NCBI GenBank assembly: GCA_964579205.1
Contig: CAZOFH010000004.1
Coordinates: 3,172-67,171, forward strand
DNA from: an uncultured Christensenella sp.
Lineage (GTDB): Bacteria; Bacillota; Clostridia; Christensenellales; UBA1242
Length of the DNA stretch: 64,000 nucleotides
Direction: 5' to 3'
Shown here piece after piece: positions 20,687 through 31,100 of this stretch. Under the pieces are notes generated by a model. That model did no database searches, was not told where the DNA came from, and saw only the letters and a program-made list of their open reading frames with translations. Every line of letters starts with the position of its first letter. Position 1 is the first letter of the stretch. A program made the translations under genes and the position numbers.

Positions 20687-21658
20687 ATGTCAAATATTTT
20701 TTTACATTTGTGTAGCGCTATGCCGGCAGTTTTTTGCATCAATGGTGAGCAAATCGGCTGCTGTGAAAATCCGTGCAGATACCTAGATATCGCGGTCTGT
20801 CACGAAAAATTCGTGCTAATGGTGTACCCTGTCGACCAAATCGCACATTCGCACTGCTCACTATCCTACTCTACCCAAATCAACTGCACAACACCAAAAC
20901 CGACCGCAAACAACGACCTAATCACAATCACAGACTACGGACAATCACACTATGTAATTTGCGCAAAGCCCCTGCTCGTACCCAGACTAAACAATCACCC
21001 ACCCTGCTACGACACGTGCGGCGCGTGCAGTATGTCGATAATCTACAACAACATCAATGTCACAAGCGAGCAAAAGAACTTTAATTTTTCGCTAAAAACA
21101 CCGCTAAAAACAGCAAAAATGCAAAAAATTAACGACTTTTATGCAGTGTTGGGTGAAAATGAGCAAAATTTAAACTACATTCTCGTACTCAATAAAAACC
21201 TCCAACTCGTCTTTGACTGTTGGGCTGACCGCATCGAAATTACCGAAAATCAGATTGTCACGCTCGACTATATCAACGACATTGCTCAGCACGGCAAAGT
21301 CAACGAATACAACTTTGAAAATGGCAACATCACAAAACACAAGTCGTACACCGTCTACACAAAAAACACCCCCACCGCCCCAGCCAACGCGTACGCCGTA
21401 CCATATGCTTTTTTGGAGGCGATTACCCAAGAAGACTTTTCTCTAGCAAAAAGTTATCTACATCCGTCACTTATTCAAGCACTCTCTGACCATCAAATCC
21501 GCGATTTTTTTGGAAATTTTGTAGATGCGACACCCGCATTTGGCACGGATGATTTTTTTACCATCGCACTCGTCTACCAAGGCAAACCGCAATTCACCAA
21601 AAAATATCATTTTGAAGTCGTCAGCAATTTGATAAAAAATATTGAATCTATTGATTGA
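20687..21658 (+). CDS. Hypothetical protein
   Basis: 323-aa ORF, GAGG RBS, divergent from the previous gene. Confidence 0.7.
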   Translation: MSNIFLHLCSAMPAVFCINGEQIGCCENPCRYLDIAVCHEKFVLMVYPVDQIAHSHCSLSYSTQINCTTPKPTANNDLITITDYGQSHYVICAKPLLVPRLNNHPPCYDTCGACSMSIIYNNINVTSEQKNFNFSLKTPLKTAKMQKINDFYAVLGENEQNLNYILVLNKNLQLVFDCWADRIEITENQIVTLDYINDIAQHGKVNEYNFENGNITKHKSYTVYTKNTPTAPANAYAVPYAFLEAITQEDFSLAKSYLHPSLIQALSDHQIRDFFGNFVDATPAFGTDDFFTIALVYQGKPQFTKKYHFEVVSNLIKNIESID

Positions 21659-21666
21659 TAAAATCC

Positions 21667-21695
21667 TTGCAAAATACCGTGAGTTGTAGTATAAT
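21667..21695 (+). promoter_or_regulatory. sigmaA promoter
   Basis: TTGCAA-17 bp-TATAAT upstream of AAGGAG and GTG 21727. Confidence 0.75.
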
Positions 21696-21726
21696 TGTGT
21701 CGTAATAATCTATAAAGGAGTACAGT

Positions 21727-22455
21727 GTGGGAGCATATTTATTATATTGGCTGCTAGGCATTATCCTGTTGCCCGGCATCATCTTCGCCACCTATGCGCA
21801 AGCCAAAATCAGTTCTGTATACAAAGAGATGAAGCATCAGCCTGCCAGCACGGACAAGACCGCCGACAAAATCGCACGTGAGATTTTGGACAAAAACGGA
21901 CTGGAAAATGTACAAATTGAGCAGGTCGACGGCGAAATGACCGATTATTTTCACCCAAAGAAGCAAATCGTAGCGCTGTCAAAAGGCACTTATGGTAGCA
22001 ATTCCATCGCCTCTATCGGCATCGCCGCTCACGAGGTCGGTCACGCAATTCAAACGAAAGAGGGCTATTTTGCCTCAAAAATTCGCTCGTTTATGGTGCC
22101 TTTTGTCAACTTTTCGTCAGCCATTCTTTGGCCGCTAGTCATCATCGGGCTATTATTCAACATCTTCGGTAGCGTAGACTCTGCCGTCGGCACAGTATTT
22201 ATCTGGTGCGGTATCGGGTTCTTTGGCTTGTCACTGTTGTTTAGCCTCATCACCCTACCTACCGAACTAGACGCGTCAAAACGCGCGATGCAGCAGTTAC
22301 GCGAGGGCGGATATTTTGCCAGCGAAGAAGAAGCGGACCAAGTCAAATCAGTACTCAAAGCAGCAGCGATGACATATTTTGCATCACTCGTAATGTCTAT
22401 CCTAAACTTTTTGCGTTTTATCATCACCCTGCTCGTGCTGAGAAACAACAACTAA
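21727..22455 (+). CDS. YugP-like membrane zinc metallopeptidase (Zn_peptidase_2)
   Basis: TDYFHPK, AAHEVGHAIQ, TLPTELDASKRA and AAAMTY motifs. Confidence 0.9.
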   Translation: MGAYLLYWLLGIILLPGIIFATYAQAKISSVYKEMKHQPASTDKTADKIAREILDKNGLENVQIEQVDGEMTDYFHPKKQIVALSKGTYGSNSIASIGIAAHEVGHAIQTKEGYFASKIRSFMVPFVNFSSAILWPLVIIGLLFNIFGSVDSAVGTVFIWCGIGFFGLSLLFSLITLPTELDASKRAMQQLREGGYFASEEEADQVKSVLKAAAMTYFASLVMSILNFLRFIITLLVLRNNN

Positions 22456-22483
22456 AAAAGCCTCCCAATTCTGGGGGCTTTTT
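22454..22483. terminator. Bidirectional terminator between convergent genes
   Basis: AAAAAAGCCTCC-caattct-GGGGGCTTTT. Confidence 0.7.
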
Positions 22484-22484
22484 C

Positions 22485-23273
22485 TTATTTTTTGAGGACG
22501 ATTATGTCCGATGCGGCCATAATTCGCATACTGCTATTCCACGAAGAATTGAGTTCTTCCAAATATTCGAAAGGCGTATAAGCGAGACTTTTTTGCTCTG
22601 CAGCCGTGATGCAAAGAGAGGTAAAAATCTTGTTTAGGCAATACTCGTTGTCCTTGCCTGTCAAATCGTTTATTGTATAATTATACATTACCACCGAGTC
22701 CATCAACCCCAAATCAATCTGTGCGTTGACAGTGAGATAAACATACGCAGGCGCCGCCGTCAAAGGGATAATATTAGACAGGCTCCGCCCCGAAATCTGA
22801 TAAATCATACTATACTGGCAGGTTTGCCCGCTCAGCGTCCATTCAATCTGCACGCAGGTCATTAGTCGTCTCAAACTCGTCACACTGCCGCCGTCCAAAG
22901 GTGACGCGGCATTTCGGTCAGAACAGTACAGCGCCAAGTCCAATTTGCCAACCTCCCAATCACGCATCAATCCACAATCGTCACTCATTAGGATGTCAAA
23001 ATTGACGGTATTATCCGAGTTGCAAACGGTCGAAACCCCAGTAGCATTGCGCAATTTCGTCGCAAACCCGCCTCGATAGGCACTCACGTTATCCGAAAAC
23101 GCCGTCGTGTCAAACTCACGATTGAGTAACTCTTGAAACTTTGCATCCACACTGTTCCGATTGATGATATAGTTGACGAGCAGCGCAGTCACCGCAGCCA
23201 GCAGAAAAATCAAAAAAATTATCAACGCGTGCCGCCAGCACCCTTTTTTCTTTGCCTTTTTCGATTTTTTCAT
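22485..23273 (-). CDS. Hypothetical N-terminally anchored membrane protein
   Basis: Lys-rich N-terminus followed by one TM; about 260 aa. Confidence 0.7.
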   Translation of the reverse strand: MKKSKKAKKKGCWRHALIIFLIFLLAAVTALLVNYIINRNSVDAKFQELLNREFDTTAFSDNVSAYRGGFATKLRNATGVSTVCNSDNTVNFDILMSDDCGLMRDWEVGKLDLALYCSDRNAASPLDGGSVTSLRRLMTCVQIEWTLSGQTCQYSMIYQISGRSLSNIIPLTAAPAYVYLTVNAQIDLGLMDSVVMYNYTINDLTGKDNEYCLNKIFTSLCITAAEQKSLAYTPFEYLEELNSSWNSSMRIMAASDIIVLKK

Positions 23274-23492
23274 AAAATCTCCCACTCTATTTGAGATAAT
23301 TATATATCAAAAACGCAAATTTTTCAACCCAATTTGGCAAAGATGTCGCACAACGTAAAATCTTTTTGAAATTGCGCTATTTTTTACGCCCAAAACGAGA
23401 ATTTGAACGCAACACAACCGCGGTGAAAAATTAATAATATTCATTTTTTTGCAAATTTATAAATTACTAATGGAGCCCTTTTGCCCACAAAT

Positions 23493-23957
23493 TCACAGCC
23501 TAGAGCGCCCAAGATTGACAAAAGACACGCCGCGCGAAATGGCGTATTTGAGCATCCTGTACGCCCCGCCCCAATCGTGCTGCACAAAAAATATCGCGTA
23601 ATCGCTCGCTCGCACCATCCACTCATTGCGCTTTACTATCGCAAACTGAGGTGGGACTTCCTCGAGCGGTGGATACACGGTCGCGTCAAAAGTCTTTTTG
23701 TCATACTCTTCCTCAAACATATCTCGCTTTTGTCCCCGATATGCCAGCACCTTGGTCACACGAATTTGCGGATATTCCTGCCGTAGTTCACCCAAATATT
23801 TGGCACACATTATATCGAATTCACCATTCCCACCGACCAAAAATTCGGTAATCCCGCGCTCACGTATGCAGTCCACAATCGCCGTTTTAATAGCCTTTTC
23901 ACGCTCAACGCTCGACCAAAAATCCCTGTGTCCAAAAATACAGCAACATTTTCTCAT
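23493..23957 (-). CDS. SLOG-superfamily (DUF1273/YspA-like) protein
   Basis: CCIFGHR, FLVGGNGEFD, AIVKRNEWMV and GGAY motifs. Confidence 0.75.
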   Translation of the reverse strand: MRKCCCIFGHRDFWSSVEREKAIKTAIVDCIRERGITEFLVGGNGEFDIMCAKYLGELRQEYPQIRVTKVLAYRGQKRDMFEEEYDKKTFDATVYPPLEEVPPQFAIVKRNEWMVRASDYAIFFVQHDWGGAYRMLKYAISRGVSFVNLGRSRL

Positions 23958-24103
23958 AAAACCTCCGATTACTAAAACACGCTAATTTTTGTGAAAAATC
24001 AAGCATATTATACATTCTTTTGAGGTTTTTGGCAAGAATTTTGCCGTGTTTACACACGCTATTTATATATTGATTGTTTGATAGAATAGACTCTGAGGTT
24101 ATT

Positions 24104-24346
24104 ATGACGACACAAAAAGCAGTAGCACTAAGGATATCCAATCTTTTAGTCAAAAATCATTTATCACAGTACGCCCTTTGCAAGCGCATCGCGATGCCCG
24201 AGGAAACGCTCCGCTCGATTATCAACGAGCGATACAAAACGGTCAAACTCGACACTATCATCCTGATTTGTGACGGCTTTGGCATTTCTTTTCAAGAATT
24301 TTTTGATGATGAACTCTTTAAACGCGATAATTTGGATGTAGAATAA
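24104..24346 (+). CDS. XRE-family HTH transcriptional regulator
   Basis: SQYALCKRIAMPEETLRSII...KLDTIILICDGFGISFQEFF; GAGGT RBS. Confidence 0.88.
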   Translation: MTTQKAVALRISNLLVKNHLSQYALCKRIAMPEETLRSIINERYKTVKLDTIILICDGFGISFQEFFDDELFKRDNLDVE

Positions 24347-24735
24347 GCCCTATACAGACGCACCAAAGCGGGCTATTTTTTGCATTCCTTTTTAGTAGTA
24401 ATTCGTGGCATTTGCCCGCCTAAGGTGAGCTAATTGCTGTAGCCGAGTATCCTATAGTTTAGCCCGATTTTTCGCAATTTTGGCACTTATCTCCAAAAAA
24501 GTGTCAAAATTGGTAATATTTATCTCTAAAAAAATGTAATTTTTATTGTTTTTTTACACTTATGTGTTATTTCAGCCAAAAACTTTGGGTTTGAAAAAGG
24601 TATCAAGCCGAAACCACTATATGCGGCGTTTTGTATAAAAATGAACGGGTGTGATAAAGGGGCGGGAGAGATTTTTAACAGTCCACAAATCCAAACACAG
24701 CCCACCAATACGACTGTCGCGCTGATGGGAGCAAC

Positions 24736-24776
24736 AAAAAAAGCCCTGCTGTCCTGAAAATCAAGACGGCAGAGCC
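24736..24776 (-). terminator. Terminator downstream of tRNA-Arg
   Basis: gccctgctgtc...gacggcagagc stem followed by a T run on the minus strand. Confidence 0.65.
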
Positions 24777-24779
24777 TCT

Positions 24780-24856
24780 TGGTGCACCCATAGGGACTCG
24801 AACCCCAAACCTTTGCGTCCGTAGCGCAACGCTCTATCCAGTTGAGCTATGAGTGC
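24780..24856 (-). tRNA. tRNA-Arg(ACG)
   Basis: GCACTCATAGCTCAACTGGATAGAGCGTTGCGCT-ACG-GACGCAAAGGTTTGGGGTTCGAGTCCCTATGGGTGCACCA folds as a cloverleaf with encoded CCA. Confidence 0.97.
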
Positions 24857-24889
24857 GAAAATCGACTGGTATTATCCAAGTACTCATAT

Positions 24890-24918
24890 ATTATAATACA
24901 AATTCGCCAATAAGTCAA
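24890..24918 (-). promoter_or_regulatory. sigmaA promoter of tRNA-Arg
   Basis: TTGACT-17 bp-TATAAT on the minus strand. Confidence 0.8.
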
Positions 24919-25048
24919 TATATTTTTGTAATTTTTTTGCACATTCGCAAAAAAAGTTTTTACTCAGCCTGATATTACCTGTTTCGCTCCCCCATCTTGG
25001 TCTTGATAACACAGCGCAAACGATGAAAACGAAAATTTTTGTACAAAG

Positions 25049-25076
25049 AAAAAACGACCCAAACGGGTCGTTTTTT
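25049..25076 (-). terminator. Terminator of giant protein B
   Basis: AAAAAACGACCC-aaac-GGGTCGTTTTTT, 34 bp after the stop. Confidence 0.85.
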
Positions 25077-25109
25077 ATAATGTAAGAATGAGTTTTGAAT
25101 ACGGGAAGT

Positions 25110-28100
25110 TTACCAGAATTTTAATTTGCCCAAAAGGTTCTTGCCCGATTCATATAGACCAGTTACACCTTCAGCTACAGTATCCACAACATTCTTACCA
25201 ATATCGTTGGCAACCTCAACAACCTTACTAGCTGCCGCAGCGACTTCGCCACCCAAATCAATCACTGTAGAAACCACATCACCCACTATTCCGACATTTG
25301 ATATCGATTCTACAAGTTCTTTGGTTCCTTCGTAAGCGATGTTATCTTTTCCACCCCCCATTATTCCAGTAATAAAACCTACTGTTCCTGCTATTATCTT
25401 GTCCGCAGGGCTAGCAGTACTAGACGATGGTGTACTAGGAGATGAAGGTTCTGGCTCAGGCTCTGGGTCAGGTTCTGACGGAGTGCTCGGTGTACTAGGC
25501 GTACTCGGAGTGCTAGGCGTACTCGGAGTGCTAGGCGTAGGCACCTTGCTACCTCGTACAGACTTTAGGAATGTACGCTCGGTGTGGTCGCTACTCAGAT
25601 CAGGATTGATACTCTTGGAAACACTAGAGTTCACAAAGTAACTCTCGTATCCGCTCTTGACAGTGAGGGTAATCGTATAGTTGGCATAGTTTGGATTACC
25701 TGACAGGGTAACGTATGTCGCGTTGGTCAAACTAGCAGTACTACCGTTGTTGGTAAAGTCACTCTTGGTACAACTACTCTCGCCTGATTTTTTCTTCCAG
25801 CCATATGTCCAGCGTGCATTCACGCCATAGCCGCTAGCATTGGAAATATCGGCTTGAATCATATTGACATACCTATAGTATGCGGTGGTGTAGTAGTCAC
25901 GATAATAGTATCCACCCGAAACGTAACGGCTGCCCGCCTCGGTGGTACCACCCTCGCTACTCGTAGAATAAGTCAGCGAAATAGTTGGGTCAAAAGTGCT
26001 AGGCACTACGAATTTCGCTTTGCGCTCGAGATACGCACCGCTAGGCCACAAGTTGTATTTTGCATTAGCCTCATCTTGGATAGGGTAAATGTAGAATACA
26101 TTGTAGCCCGCCTGCAAGTTACCCAAGTTTGCACTGGTGACATAGCCGTCCTCGGTCAAGCGTTTGGTCTCGCTTTCGCTAAACGCCCCGCTCACACCGC
26201 CGACAAAGCAGTCTGCTCTCGACCTGTTAAAACTCCACGTCGTATCGAAGCGATAATTTTGACCGACTGCCGTCCTAGACAGCGTCTTGAGCGATGAAGT
26301 AGTGGTATTACCCGAACTCAGCACGGTCTGGTGCAAGCCCACATTCATCCCAGTAATAGTCATATTCTGCCCTACTGATGCAGTAATAGTCATATAATCA
26401 TTCGAGGTGGTGCCCTGCTGAATAGTAGCAGTAAAGTCGCTGGCCTTGATTTGCCTATAGTATTCGAATACCAAGTCAGTCTTGTCCATAGACTCCTCGA
26501 CACCCTCAATGTCATTGTATAGACGAACTGAGTAGGTGTATTTGTTACCGATGATGTTTTCATTATCGATAAACACTTGGTCGATGAATTCGTAAATCAT
26601 ATCAATATAACATTCGGCTCCGATGTTTTGCTTGATATTGATAATCTTGGTCTGCGCGCCGTTGCCTATATTATAGGTAAATAGCGCTTTGCTCGCTGCC
26701 AAGTTGTAATTTGAGCGCGAATTGGTGTTGACAGAGACATTTTCTGCCACAAACTCGCCCACGGTATAAGTCGTATTGTTTACATCCATACGGATATTTA
26801 CGGCAGTGATATCGTTGACCAGTTTTAACTTTGGCGTGTATGCCCTAGCCTGACTATCAAAGCCGCGAGCCACAAATTGCGACTGCAGCGTCTCGTCTGC
26901 ATAAGCCAAGATATTGATAGACCATTCACGCTCTAGCATCCACTGGTTTAGGTCAGGGTCATTGGTGGTAAACAAGTCAATGCCCAAGATATCCGCCAAA
27001 TTGCCTATATTCGTACCTGTACCAGTAGGCGTCCACTGACAATGTTGATAATCCTTGCCCGCCTGACGCAATGTGTCATACGAGTAGACTAGGTTGCCAG
27101 CAGACTGCAAGTTCGCACGAGTCAGAGTCACGCGGTAGTTTACATTCTTGGCAATCGCGTCGTAGTGGAATGGAATGTAACCTTGGTAATAGTAGTGGAA
27201 GCCCTCATTTGCATACATTGTAGCAATGTTGTACGCACCTGATGGGTCCGCAAAGGTCGCTTCGGTAGCGTCAAAACTGGTGCGCACCGTCTCTAGTCTG
27301 ACATAAAAGTCTAGGCTAGCGCCCTCACGATAATCACTAGTCACCCAGTAGCCAGCAGCAGCGGCATTGTTAGGTGCTACTACACGGATTTTGGCAGTAA
27401 TCTTTCCGCCGTGATAATCACCCGCATTTGTATTGTTGCCATTAATCAAATTGTAGAATTTTTGGTACAAGCAAGCCACTTCGTAAGGATAAACATCCTG
27501 ATATGTAGAGTAGTCAAATCTAGCAGGATTTGCGTTGACCGCCTGTGTAAACTTGGTCAGAGTCGCGTTGATATCCTTGGTACTGAATGAGTACTGCTCT
27601 TGTCTAGTACCGTAGGCAAACACTACCTCATATGTAGTATCTGACCTATTCGACAGCCCCACATACTCATAACCATAGTCAGCCTGTCCGCCGCCTTGTG
27701 CGCCGATAATCGCATAACTAGCGCCATCGACGAACAAGTATGGGTTGAGTGCTAGACCTGCATAGTCGCCATTAGCCAAAATGTTGGTATCGGCGCCGTA
27801 TGTGATAGTCTGAGTCGCGTTTGCGCCGACTAAGTTCTTGCTCACTGTGTTGTCAAATTTGAAGGTAATCTGCGGTGCAGCATACTGCTTTTTGACGATT
27901 AGACTCACTGACGGGCTGAGGCTACTAGATGCCCACTTGCGCACAATGTTGCCATAGCCTGCATTTGACTTGTTGGTGTCTTGCGCATTTGGCAAGAACT
28001 TGTTGCCAGTGTTGGCACCACCAGCATTGTCTATCGCGTCAGCAGCGCCCATTACCGCAGTCACGGCAAAGTAAATTTTGTTTGGCAACTGACTGTCAAT

Positions 28101-31100
28101 CCAGTTGAATATTGCTCTGGCGTTGGTTTCAGCACTAGACTTGCTCAATACTACAAAACTGATTTCACCGTCATAATGCACTTTGAGCGTAGCGTTCTTT
28201 ACCTGAGACAATGTAGCCGCATCAAAGTCAAGGATACCGTCAGAGGTCTGTTCGTACTCAAATGTCGACACAGACAACTGGATGTACTTATCCTGTCTAA
28301 TGATAGGGTCGGCACTGTACACATTGTTTAGGTAAACTTTTATCGAATAATCGGCGTCAGAATCTGCGACAATGTATCCGCCAGTCACGCCTGAATTGGT
28401 GCTGATGTACTCAACCACGCACTCACCGTTTACATCACTTGCCCCCTCGTTGTTGACTATTTCGACCTTGCTAATCGCAGGGTCAGCAAAGCGGATAGTG
28501 TGCTGGAATGCAAAGTAATAACTTGGGTTGTACGCGTTAAAGTCAGCCTTGGCTACCACACGATTTACGCCCTGCTCGGTGAGAGCAGCCACATAATCAG
28601 CGACACGCGCGTCGTCTGTGGTAATATACTTTCTCACCCACTCCTCGCCGTACAATTCGACATCTTGGAGCATTCCGTCAGAAACAAAGGCGTTGGCATT
28701 GATTTCGTTATTGTTTATCCACGACTTTATCTTGCAATAATAAGTAATCGGCGTATATGCGCGCTCCTCACCTAGCAGTTCTGCTAGAGTAAGGTCAAAA
28801 ATCTCTATAGAAGAGTTGTGCAGGATGCCTACTTGACGGAGCGAACCGTCCGCCTTGCGCAAGTACTCAAGTGGCTGGTTTTTGCCATCAACATACAGGC
28901 TAGTATCCACGGCATACAGCGGTACACTATTACCATTCGATGCGACATTATTCAATGTCGTGATAATGTAGTGTGCCAAGTATGTGCCGTTTGCCTCTTG
29001 GTCCAGCATCCAAGTATTCGTCACAAAGGCGTTTGGATCCTGAGTATCGTAGACAAACAACTCAAAAGCATTGTTGTAATTATTTGTGTCTTGGTTACTG
29101 TGAATATCGTATACCTTGGCACCGAGGTAATTCTCCTGCTCTTCTACCACGTACACCTCAGGGATGCTAGAGGTAATCTCAGTACCATAGTGCTGTACAG
29201 AAATCGCTTTGTAAACGTATTCCTGTGGCAGGCTGGTCTCCGAAGTCAGATAATACCTCACATTTGCATCGCCGCTAGACACGCGCGGCGTCAAGTATAC
29301 AAAGAATTTGTAATACATATTCGGCGTCAAGTCGAGCCCTGTGTTGGTAGGCTCGTTTATGTAGCAGCGTCTACCGTCTTTTTGATAAACCGTACTGTGG
29401 TTGCGCAGCATTTTTTCTATTGCAAAGCCATAACTGGTGGCTTGGGTCAGCCCTGCCGTTTCGTTTTGCAAGAAGAACTGCTTGCCTGCCACATCTTGAG
29501 CATTATACGCGTCATCACACGCATACGTGCCGTCAGCATTTCTTTGGAAAGCGTAGATATTGAGGTTGTAATCAACATCGGTGTTGACTACATAGGTGTA
29601 TTGGTTAGGTGTCAGTACCCAATTCAACACATACACATAGTCTGTGCCGATAGACTGCATATCTAGCCTATAGTCGAGTATTGGGGTCGGAATAACTGTA
29701 AAGTGGCAAATATCGCGACTGAAACTATACCACGCCGAACCGTCAGAATGCAGCGCATCGCTCGCAGAACCGACAGAGTTCTCATTGAGGATGTAATCAA
29801 GGTAGTACACACCAGCGTAGTTGCTAGCATATGGCTCGGCGGTATCAAAGAGTTTGTGAATATTGATACGCACTGAGTAGTACTCTGATGTACCACTGAC
29901 GCGTCTAATTTCGGTTTCGCCATCCGCGCTAGTCTTGTACGATGCGTTAGGGTCGCTGACTAGGCTCGCTAGGCTAGGCAGGCTATAGGTGTTCTCAAAA
30001 ATCCTGTCCGTCACAAATGCCGTACCGTCCCACAATTTTACCCTAACGGTAACTGATTGTGGCAGGTGTGCTACGCCTAGATAGTCCTTTATCGTGTACA
30101 CATCAAAGCCAAGCACGGCATTCCTACGCTCCGCCTCTGCCCAATTACGGTCATTGCCGTTTTGTGGTGCAGGGATAGACTCCGTCCTGTCTTTGGTCGT
30201 CAAGTATTCACCTGTCAAGGTTGTATTACCCTCGTTGACCACAGTCCATACGCTCTTTACATCGCGGACAATGTTTGCGACTGCAGGGTTGTAATAAGGG
30301 TGCCCTGTAGCCACAAACGCAACTTTCACAAAGTACCTACCCGAGATAAAGTTTGAGCCGTCTAGCCAATCGGCAGACTTGTTTTGTGCCTCGATAGCAT
30401 TGAGGAGATTGTACCTGTACCCTGTGTCAGACACGCCGTCAGACAAGCCAAACACGATGTCATCAAAGATAATCTGGGTAAAGGTAATATCATCTCTAGC
30501 AGCCAAAGCGTCGTATGTCTCGCTTTCGCCGAGTTCAGCAGCCACTGCTGGCGAAACGCGCAACATACTGATGACGAATTTTGCCCCTGCATCGTTTGCC
30601 TCGAGTTCGTTAAAGACGCTGTTTATCTTTGACTCAGGCGCAGAGATAGAATATTCGACATTGTATTTTGTCGTCCAACTAGCCGTAATCTCTGGCATAA
30701 TACCATTGGTCGGATAATCGGTAGCGAATAGCGCCACAGCAGGCAGGCTGTCCTCATAATAGTCGTTCGGTGATACACGGTATACCACTACATCATTTCT
30801 ATCAGCACCACCTGCTACTAGATAACTAGATATATCCATCTGAGTCACCGTAGTTGGGTCGAGCGTGATAGTCTGGATGACGGCATCATCTGCTGCCTTG
30901 TGTGTAGTAATCTGCACCACAAATGTAGGCGCACCTGAGGTAAAGATATCACTCGTGGTGTCGTATGTCCACGTCAAGATACCGTTTTTGTCAATGACAG
31001 CATTCTCTGGTGCTACTGGATAGTTTATGTTTTGATAAACAAACTTTTTGTACCCAAAGTTTGGCTCGCTAGGGTCGTAGATACGCCCATTAGCCTCAGC

